This document shows, piece after piece, positions 52,425 through 61,700 of a DNA stretch of 64,000 nucleotides; positions within the stretch are counted from its first letter, which is position 1; each line of letters opens with the position of its first letter. This stretch comes from Candidatus Omnitrophota bacterium. GTDB lineage: Bacteria > Omnitrophota > Gorgyraeia > Duberdicusellales > 4484-171. Where the stretch lies: positions 21,490-85,489 of the forward strand of contig JAAEQW010000090.1 in assembly GCA_024231025.1 (NCBI GenBank), written 5' to 3'. The position numbers were made by a program, and so were the translations under genes. The notes under the pieces are model-generated. The model had not been told where the DNA came from. It saw only the letters and a list, made by a program, of their open reading frames with translations, and did not search any database.

Positions 52425-52814
52425 TTATAAGGGGTGTCCCTTTTTTCTTAACACTGTTTCTACTTTCTCTAGTAACACTTCCGGACGATAAGGCTTTATC
52501 ACATACCCTTTTGCCCCAACCTCAGCTATTGCCTGCAGCACATCATTATGCTGGCCCTTTGCAGTAACCATAATGATTGGTATATCTTCGGTTACTGGAT
52601 TTTTTTTCAATTTGCTACCAGTTTCAAAACCATCCATGCCCGGCATCGAAATATCTAAAAGTATTAAATCCGGCTGCTCACTTTCAGCTTTCTCTAAAGC
52701 CTGCATTCCATCTAAAGCAGTAACAACGCTATAATCATTGGCTTGCAGCCTTAATTGTACCATTTCGACAATATCAGGATTATCATCAACTACTAAAATT
52801 TTTGCTCTAGCCAT
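52425..52814 (-). CDS. Single-domain response regulator (CheY-like)
   Basis: The ILVVDDNPD...DISMPGMDG...K receiver motifs. Confidence 0.8.
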   Translation of the reverse strand: MARAKILVVDDNPDIVEMVQLRLQANDYSVVTALDGMQALEKAESEQPDLILLDISMPGMDGFETGSKLKKNPVTEDIPIIMVTAKGQHNDVLQAIAEVGAKGYVIKPYRPEVLLEKVETVLRKKGHPL

Positions 52815-52817
52815 GCG

Positions 52818-53180
52818 TCACTCCCCAATCAATACCTTTTCAACCCTAGCGATTAGCTTTTCTGGATCAAAAGGTTTTACAATATAATCTTTTATCCCCT
52901 CAATTTCAAACAAATCTTTCATTTTATCTTTCGCGGTAAGAATAATAATTGGCATACCTCGTGTAGCTTCATCAGCTTTTATTTCTTTTACAAAATTATA
53001 CCCGTCTAGTTTAGGCATTGCAATATCTAAAAGTATTAAATCAGGTTTTTCACTTTTAGCCTTCTCAAGCCCTATCGCCCCATCAAGCGCAACCGATACG
53101 CTATAGCTATTTGCTTCCAAGCGCAACTTCAAAACCTCTACAATATCAACTTCATCGTCTACTACCAAAATTTTCTTCAT
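52818..53180 (-). CDS. Single-domain response regulator (CheY-like)
   Basis: The ILVVDDEVD...DIAMPKLDG...K receiver motifs. Confidence 0.8.
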   Translation of the reverse strand: MKKILVVDDEVDIVEVLKLRLEANSYSVSVALDGAIGLEKAKSEKPDLILLDIAMPKLDGYNFVKEIKADEATRGMPIIILTAKDKMKDLFEIEGIKDYIVKPFDPEKLIARVEKVLIGE

Positions 53181-53206
53181 TGCAAACCCCCAAATTAACT
53201 CACACT

Positions 53207-55006
53207 TTACAACAAATAATCCACCAGTCTTTTGATCTGCGCCAAATCAAATGGTTTACCAACCATTGGTATAGCTTTTCGCTTTATATATTCATCTAGT
53301 TTTTCAATCTCCACTTCATATCCCGACATGATTAAAATCGGAATATTTTCGGTATCCACGTTTTCTTTAAGCCTGCCAACCACTTCATAACCGCTCATCT
53401 TCGGCATATTCATATCAAGCATTATTAGATCAGGTGGCTCAGCTATTATTTTATCTAGAGCTTCTTGCCCATCGTTGGCTTCTCTGAAATTAACATATCC
53501 CGTTTCTTGCAAAATTCTTATTAGAGAATTCACTATTGTCGGCTCATCATCAACAACCATTATTGTCTTTTTCAATCTCTCAGCTTTTTCATTGGTTAAA
53601 CCGCCCTCACACTTCTTGAGCAAATCGTCAACTGTGCTACCATCTCTAGGGTAAATTGCATTTCCGTAAGAAAAATTTATTGGAGGTTTTTCTTCAATCT
53701 CAAAAACAACTTTTTTTATTACATGCTTTAATTTCGCATTAACCTCTACAATGCTAACCGTATCAGCTTCTACCACAACAACCATTTTATCTTCCGCTAT
53801 CTCGTTTATAAACTCTCCGCTTCTTAGTTCGCCTTTCAAAGCTTGCAATATGATAGAAGAAATTTCCCGCGCCTTATCTTGCCCGAAGGTTTTCTTTAGA
53901 TGGTCGTAATTGTTTATTTTAAAAAGAATCATAGAAAGCTCTTCACCAATCTCACAAGCTAAAGCAATCTTATTGTTCGTCATCTCATGCAGTGCTTTCT
54001 GTTCAGTATATTTTGGTATAGTAAAAGAAAATTTCGCCCCTTTGTCTTTTCTACTCGTCACTCGCATTTTTCCCCCTTGAGCCTCTATGATACCTTTGGA
54101 AATCGCCAAACCAAGCCCTGTGCCCTTTGCCCCGGGGCCATTTTTTCTTCCAAATTGCTGGAATTTATTGAATACCTTAGTCAAATCCCCCTCGGCAATT
54201 CCATAACCGGTATCAGCTACTGAACACTCCATGCAGTTTTCTTGCTCAATAAGAAAAATTTTTATGTATCCATCATCAGTAAACTTAATGGCATTGCTGA
54301 TCAAATTCACTAAAATCTGCATTGTCTTATCTTTATCTGCATAAACTTTTACGTCTTTTTCAAGCAATTCGCTACTCAATTGTAAACCCTTCTTGCCGGC
54401 TTGTGTAGAAAAATTAGATATCGCATCCGTGATTAATTCTGCCATAGACACCGATTCTTTGTTCATCTGGATTTTTCCGGACTCTATTTTAGACACATCT
54501 AAGAGATTGTTAATTATGCGAATTAATCGATCAATATTTCTTAAGCTATTAGCTAAGGCGTTTCTTTGTTTTTCTGTAGTTTCACCAAGCAATCCTTCAA
54601 AAACTAAAGAAGTTGCTTCTTTTATGGGGGTTAGAGGGGTGCGCAATTCATGAGAAACCGTATCAATAAAATCATTTTTAAGCTGGTCGAGCTTCTGAAG
54701 TTCATTGTTTTTTTGTTCAAGTTGATTATATAGAGTATTAATGCCCTTTTTCGTCTTATCTAATGCCCAAACTTGTATTTCCAGTTCATCCTTGGCTTCA
54801 GAAAGCTGCTTTGTTCTGTCTTGCACTCGACTTTCCAACTCTTTGTTGAGGTCGTCAAGCTTTTTGGATTTTTTCTCAAGATCGGCATATAGAGTCTTGA
54901 TTTCCTGACTCGTTTTGTCTCTGCCCCACTTAGAATCATCCAATTCCTTTTTGCAAAGGCGCAATTCCTCTTCGAGTGTTTTAATCTTTTCTTTATCGCT
55001 ATTCAC
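53207..55006 (-). CDS. Hybrid sensor histidine kinase: N-terminal coiled coil, HisKA, HATPase_c, a divergent middle domain and a C-terminal receiver. It has a GTG start.
   Basis: H-box SHELRTPL, N-box and G1/G2 motifs (DTGYGI, GTGLGLAI), and a C-terminal REC (MVVDDE...LDMNMPKMSG). No TM helix, so it is cytoplasmic. Confidence 0.8.
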   Translation of the reverse strand: MNSDKEKIKTLEEELRLCKKELDDSKWGRDKTSQEIKTLYADLEKKSKKLDDLNKELESRVQDRTKQLSEAKDELEIQVWALDKTKKGINTLYNQLEQKNNELQKLDQLKNDFIDTVSHELRTPLTPIKEATSLVFEGLLGETTEKQRNALANSLRNIDRLIRIINNLLDVSKIESGKIQMNKESVSMAELITDAISNFSTQAGKKGLQLSSELLEKDVKVYADKDKTMQILVNLISNAIKFTDDGYIKIFLIEQENCMECSVADTGYGIAEGDLTKVFNKFQQFGRKNGPGAKGTGLGLAISKGIIEAQGGKMRVTSRKDKGAKFSFTIPKYTEQKALHEMTNNKIALACEIGEELSMILFKINNYDHLKKTFGQDKAREISSIILQALKGELRSGEFINEIAEDKMVVVVEADTVSIVEVNAKLKHVIKKVVFEIEEKPPINFSYGNAIYPRDGSTVDDLLKKCEGGLTNEKAERLKKTIMVVDDEPTIVNSLIRILQETGYVNFREANDGQEALDKIIAEPPDLIMLDMNMPKMSGYEVVGRLKENVDTENIPILIMSGYEVEIEKLDEYIKRKAIPMVGKPFDLAQIKRLVDYLL

Positions 55007-55013
55007 AATTTAT

Positions 55014-55042
55014 ATTATACTGTTGTGAAATTTTGCGTCAAC
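55014..55042 (-). promoter_or_regulatory. Sigma70-like promoter (TTGACG, 17 nt, TATAAT) ending 7 nt before the GTG start of the histidine kinase, implying a leaderless transcript
   Basis: Minus-strand reading: TTGACG-caaaatttcacaacag-TATAAT-ataaatt-GTG. Confidence 0.4.
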
Positions 55043-55055
55043 TTTTTTGCTTTCC

Positions 55056-55637
55056 TTATTTGGGAATATTTTTTAGGTGCAAAAAATCTTTTGCGAGGAT
55101 GGATTTTTTATTCATATCATAAGTTATAACCGCCGGATGAAACATCGGCATAATTTTAACTCTGCCATAAGAAGCAGGCGCTATAAAAACACTGCCATGA
55201 ATTTTTGTTATGCCTTGCACTTTAGCTTCGAGTCCAAATTTTTTTAAAATATAGGAGGTGGCAAAATTACCCAAACAACATATAATACTCGGACGTATAC
55301 GCTCAATTTGTTGGTCTAAGTAAGGAGTGCAAGCAATTATCTCATCACTTTGAGGATTCCTATTCTTAGGCGGGCGGCATTTTAAGATGTTACCGATAAA
55401 AACTTCTTCTCGCTTTAGACCTGCATGCCCTAGAAGTTCATCCAACTGAGCACCGGCTTTACCGCAAAAAGGCCTGCCTTGGGCATCCTCATTTGCCCCC
55501 GGTGCCTCTCCGATAAACATAACCGAAGCCGACAAATCCCCCTCACCAACAACAGCATTAGTGCGAGTCAAGCCCAAAGAACACTTGCTGCAAGTGGATA
55601 TCTGCTGATTAAGCTCTCCGATGTCTGCTAACTCCAT
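55056..55637 (-). CDS. Uracil-DNA glycosylase, family 4
   Basis: GEAPGANEDAQGRPFCGKAG motif and the overall family-4 UDG architecture. Confidence 0.8.
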   Translation of the reverse strand: MELADIGELNQQISTCSKCSLGLTRTNAVVGEGDLSASVMFIGEAPGANEDAQGRPFCGKAGAQLDELLGHAGLKREEVFIGNILKCRPPKNRNPQSDEIIACTPYLDQQIERIRPSIICCLGNFATSYILKKFGLEAKVQGITKIHGSVFIAPASYGRVKIMPMFHPAVITYDMNKKSILAKDFLHLKNIPK

Positions 55638-55788
55638 ACAGTTATTGTATTACAAAAATAAATTTTATCAACTTTTGAAAAGGAATCTCTCAGTTAATAC
55701 ACTCGCCAAACCCGAGGTAACTCAAACCATCTCCGGAATTTCGCCCGAACTTTTCTAGGTGAAACAAGAAAGACCTGACCCCTTTCCC

Positions 55789-58700
55789 CTATGTTGGTGT
55801 TCGTTCAATGCGAATAATTTGGAAAGTAAATCCTTGAAAAGTCTTAATATCAAAAGGAACAACAAAATCCCCACTGTAGGGGCGGCGCTTGCGTCCGCCG
55901 GCATCCTGCACGCCGACATTTTGCACAGTCACCTCATCTATGTTAAGCATCCCTGCACTAATATCAATACCGCCGGGGGTAGTAGTTACTTCGTTAGACT
56001 CGGCGCCGACAGATTTTTTCCCGGCGGTTATAGCCGGCGCGAATGAAGACAGCTTCCGTTGAGCAATTTTATAAAACATCTCCTCATACTTACCCCACTC
56101 ATCCTTATGAAAATCCTCATACTCCTCGGCAAGAGCTTCTAGCTGCTCAAAGCTCATGCGCTCGATTACCCAAGCATGATACGGGGTAAGTTGGGTTTCG
56201 TTTTCGCTGAAGTATCGCTTCTGACGTTGGGCGGCAACATCATGCTCCTCTTCGTCGATATGTTCCGTCCACTCATGGTCAATTACCTCACCCAGAGCAA
56301 AAAAGGTAAAATTATCTTGGTTGATATAATTGGAATTAACGATTATTGATAAGCTGCCATCTTCTTCTTGCCGACCGCAAGCATCCATGGTTTCAGGCAG
56401 CTGGCTAGATAGATAAACTCTGATCTGGCGGTTTCTAAACTTATCAGCATCTTCCATATCCATTGGAGAAGATCTTAGAAATTCGATTAGTGTTTCTTTA
56501 TCGAAGTTTAATTCTTGCCGAGGATCAACCAACTCTTCAAACTGCCCATCAGAAAGCTTTGGTTCCGACACATCAATAACTCTGCGGCTGGGACGTTTTA
56601 GGGGGCCGGGTTTTGATTTACGGGTGTAGGCGATATGTCCTAGAAGGTTTTTGTAGATGCTTTGAGCGATCACTGAGAAATCTTTTTCTTTTGAACTTAC
56701 CTCAGCGGCCGCATACAAACTGAAGAGATGATTGCGATCGATGCTTACCCCTTTATCAGTTAAAGAGTATCCTTCGTCTAATTTGATCTCCCCTGAATCA
56801 TGAAGAGTGCGAAGAATATCTTGCTGCTCCTTAGTCAATAGTTCGATTAAATTTTCGACTAAGCTTCTATCATAAAACTCAAGCAAACGCTGGCCTTCTT
56901 CTGGAGAAGCTACTTTGACATACGTTTTAATCATCCGCAACAATTCAAAGAGATTACGATTATATCGATTTGTTTCTGGTAGAGCATCATTCTCCAAAAC
57001 AGCTTTGATCACCCTACCCACAAAAGGCTCAAAGAGCTCTCGGGCACCTTCTCTAACCCCTTTCATATCCTTTATTTCGTTAAGAACCACGTCCTTCTCT
57101 CTTTGAGAAAGATTGACCTCAGAAGCAAATTCCTCAAATGCAGTAATATCTCGATCGTACTCAGCGATCACATCCACCAATAAATCAAAGATCTCTTCTC
57201 CAGGACTCTTAGCAATATTGAGCAAGGCACCATCTTTGGAAATTTTTAAATCCAAAGGTAGAGAAAAAATCTTACCTAAATTAAGAGAAATGTTGATATC
57301 TCTTCCTAATTGCTCGCCGATATCAGCTTTATAACGATTGGTGCTAAAAATATAGTGCACTAATGACTTGTTTGCTTCTAATTCACTGACCCCTAAAGTT
57401 TTTAATCCGGCGGCAAAATCTGCATAGAGCGGGTCGCGATCATTCCAATTGCGCGGGAGATTGTCCATGGCAATCGGTATAAGCTTCAAAAAAAGTTTAG
57501 GGTTAAGTTCAGTATACTCGCCCCAATGCATAATCACAAAGGCGGTAAATAATCCTAGCAACTCGGAATCGCGAAGTTGCCTCTCAATCTCCTCAGGGGT
57601 TTGATCCTCTAAGCTGCTAAAAAGACTGGCTAATGCAAAATTGCGCGTTTGATCATCGCCGTAGCGAAATACCTGCGCAAAGACTTCCAAGCGTGCCTGC
57701 CAAGGGATTCTTGAAAACACACCTCTAGTCACTGTATTTATCTTATTGGTGGTTTCTGGGTCCTCAACGATTTTAAGTACAGTTGAAAGTAGCACCGCGT
57801 AGAAACTAAGTTCTTCTTTGCTTGCCTCAAGCTCTTCAAGGACTAAAAACCCTTCAGCTAATATTTCGTCTATCCACTCATTGGCTTTCCTACTCTGGGT
57901 AGCTTCAATAAGAGTAACTACGCTTCGAGCGGCAGAGATAAAACGAGGGATATTGGTTAAGTCGATATAAGTTTCTGTTCGTCGCAATTGCCTAGCCACG
58001 GCCATAGCTTCTTTGTGGCGTTTTCGATAACGCTGATAAAGCTTGTCAATCTTTTTAGCTTCACCTGAATCTGCAACCTGACGGCTATGGAGCTCTTCTA
58101 CCTTCAACGCTTCTATTTGCTTTCGTTCATCTTGCATAAATTCAATAGTTTGCTCTCCGACCTCCCAAAAAGTTTTGTCAGTAATTTGTGCGATATCCTC
58201 ATCATCGAAGATATTAACAAGCACACCAAAAGCGTTGGAGTAATGTTTTTCATCAAAAGGCTTATTCATATCACGAAAATCAAAGACAGAAGTAGTTTTG
58301 GCGATCAAGATATAAAGTTCATTTTTGATCTCCTTGAGAGAATCCTCGTCAATAAAAGGTCTGTAAAAGATCCCCATCGCTTCCATACCTAACGCTCGAT
58401 TCTGACTGAAAAACTCACTCGCCTGTTTCTTAATAATCTTAACTATAAAACCAACGGCATCATCCCGAGCAACAGAATCCATACTTAGAAGAAACTGCCC
58501 TACAAATGTAGGTAACCGTCCTGGCTCAAGGGCAAGAAAGATCGGCTCAAGTTTTTGAAAAAATTCTTTCCGCAATCTTTCATCATCGATAAACGGCATA
58601 TATTGCGTAACTAAGCTACTAATTAAATTCTCGATATCTTGCTGGTTTGGCATCCGACTTTCTTGGGGTTCTTCTTGGTCTTGAGCCCTATCTATTTTTC

Positions 58701-61700
58701 CAATTGCCACCTCGGCTTGATAACGAACCGCTTCGTAGTCATCATTTTTTTTCAATTTACCAAGCATTGGGAGTGCTGCCCAAGCTGCTATGCCAAACTC
58801 TCCTAAAGCCCTAGCACTATTTGCACGAACAAGTTCATCACTATCCTCTAACGCTATAATCAAAGCTGACGTGGCTTTTTTAGCTGCGGGGCCGATATCT
58901 CCAAGAATCTTGGCACTTTTAGCACGCACCACCGGATCAGGATTGTTTAACGTCTCAATTAAACCATCAATCATAGCCTGATCTATACTCACATCTTCTA
59001 AACTATTCTCTATCTTCTCAATTGCCTTCTGGGCTGCGGTGCGAACAAAGTCTTTAGAATCATTCTTTGCTAATTTGCGAAGCTGCACGAGTGCAGGTTC
59101 TGCTGCGGGGCCGATATAACTTAAAGCCCAAGCGCTACCTTCACGAGTATCGTGGTTGCTATCTTCTAATGTACTAATCAATAATAGCATGACCTCATCT
59201 GATACGGAGCCAATTTGCCCCAAAGCCCAACTACTAACCATACGAACCTTTGCTTTTTGATCTGCCAATCTCTCAATCAAATCTGGCACCGCTTTCTTTG
59301 CAGCAAGACCAATCCTCCCAAGAGCAGTCGCACTATCGGAACGAACATTATAATCAACATTCTCTAATCCTCTAATCAATCTATCAATTTCAGCTTCTTC
59401 AACGCTGGCATCCTCTGCTGATCCCTTCTCTATCTTCTCGATTGCCTCTTGGGCTGCGGTGCGAAGTTTTTCGTTGAAACCCTGCTTTGATAAATCGCTA
59501 AGACGCGTAAGTGTAGGTTTTGCGGCGGGGCCGATTTCTCCAAGAGCCCAGGCGCTGTTGTAACTAACGTCATTATTTTTATCGGTCAATGTTCCAATCA
59601 AATCTGACACGGCCTCTTTTGCTGCGGGGCCGATATCTCCAAGAGCCCCGGCGCTGTTTTGACGAACATTCTCATCTTCATCCTTCAAGGCTTCAGCCAA
59701 AGCGGACACTGCCTCTTTTGCTGCGGGGCCAATTTTTCCAAGAGCCCCGGCGCTATTACTACGAACAGACTTATTTTCATCCTTCAAGGCTTCAATCAAA
59801 GCGGACACTGCTTCTTTTGCTGCGGGGCCAATATCTCCAAGAGTCCCGGCGCTATTCCTACGAACAGACTTATTTTCATCCTTCAAGGCTTCAATCAAAG
59901 CGGACACTGCTTCTTTTGCTGCAGGGCCAATATCTCCAAGAGTCCCGGCGCTATTGGCGCGCACCTTGAAATCAGGATCCTTCAATGCCTCAATCAATGC
60001 TGACACAGCAGGTTTTGCTGCGGGGCCGATCTTGCCTAAAACCCTGGCGCTATCCTTACGAACCTTAGGGTCAGGGTCCTTTAGCCCTTTAATCAATCTA
60101 TCAACTTCAGCATCTTCAGTACCTACACTCTCTGACCCCTTCTCTATCTTCCCAATCGCCTCTTGGACTGCGGTGCGAACCTCTTCATCGGGATCATTCT
60201 TTGCTAATTTGCGAAGACGCACAAGTGCCGGTTCTGCTGCGGGGCCGATTTCTCCAAGAGCAGTAGCGCTATTGGCGCGAACAACCCAATCTTTATCCTT
60301 CAAGGCCTCAATTAAAGATGACACAGCAGGTTCTGCGGCGGGGCCGATCTGTCCTAAAGCCCAAGCGCTATTCCAACGAACATACTTATTTCCATCCTTC
60401 AAGGCTTTAGTCAAAGCTGATATGGCCTCTTTTGCGGCGGGGCCGATCGCTGCAAGAGCTCTGGCGCTGTTGACGCGTACCTTGGAATCAGGATCCTTCA
60501 ATACATCAATCAATGCTGACACAGCAGGTTTTGCTGCGGGGCCGATCTTGCCTAAAACCCTGGCGCTATCCTTACGAACCTCAGGGTCAGGGTCCTTTAG
60601 CCCTTTAATCAATCTATCAATTTCAGCATCTTCAACGCCGGCATTCTCTGCTGATCCCTTCTCTATCTTCTCGATTGCCTCCTGGGCTGCGGTGCGAACA
60701 AATTCTTCAGAATCATCCTTTGCTAATTTGCGGAGCTGCGCAAGTGCAGGTTTTGCTGCGGGGCCGATTTCTCCAAGAGCCCAGGCGCTATGGCTGCGAA
60801 CAACCTTATCTTCATCCTTCAATGCTTCAGCCAATGCCAACACGGCCTCTTCTGCTGGGGAGCCAACCCCTCCAAGAGCATCGGCGCTATCGGCACGAAC
60901 CTCAGGATCAGGGTCCTTTAACCCTCTAATCAATCTATCAACTTCAGCATCTGTTGTCGATGTCTTTGCTTTCAAAGTGCCAAAGATCTTTATTGTAATT
61001 TTGCTCTGGCTGATATCGCCTAAGGCTTTTTTGACCTCATCGAGTGGGATTTGGATTTCATTCTGACCAGGGTCAACGGAAGTAACATAGATATAACCTT
61101 CACTAAGCCCCTCGCCTGAAAATTCAATAACAATATATTCTTCTCCAATTCCAAATCCATAATGATTAATAGCATAGCTACCCTCTAACTCGGAGAAATA
61201 CTGGCCATCATGTGTCTCGTAAGTAATCTCTCCTTTTTTCTTGATCTCTGCAATAGTCTCTGGTATTTTTGCTACATCTGTTAGTCCAACTGATCCTGCT
61301 ACCATGGCATGCACTGATCGACCAGAATCATTATAAATGGCGTTGAATATTATCTCAAGATCGGGTTTACCCTTCTCTTTGTGCGCTGCGGCTGATTGGG
61401 GGGATTTTTCTTTTTTAACTACTTTTTGATCACCGAGTTTTTGGGCTGCCATTAAGGCAAGCCTTGCGTAAAGATCCTTAACTTTCTGCTGATCTGGTAC
61501 TGAAGCGGAAGCCAAATCAGCCCTTGTCGGGCTACCAAAGCCATTTACTAAGCTGCCCTTAACGTACTTATCAAAAAACTCTTGTCGTTTCTGGTAACCA
61601 CCAGTATACATAGTGTCGTCTGAAACATTCCCCGTCTGCAAAAAATTAAGATAATCCTTCGTAAACAGACCATAAGAAAGGTCGTTAATATTTAACCATT

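Noticed and set aside
58540-60960. Regularly spaced near-identical direct repeats that could suggest a CRISPR array
   Set aside because: The period is 93 bp, a multiple of 3, inside a continuous ORF. The units encode HEAT repeats, are degenerate rather than identical, and have no unique spacers or leader. This is a coding tandem repeat.
59954-61066. 370-aa plus-strand ORF rich in Ala/Ser/Gly/Pro, along with the ORFs at 59589-59969 and 59659-60003
   Set aside because: It lies antisense to the HEAT-repeat array of giant gene 3. The periodic GC-balanced repeats leave the opposite strand free of stop codons. The composition is low-complexity and there is no RBS, so this is a repeat artefact.
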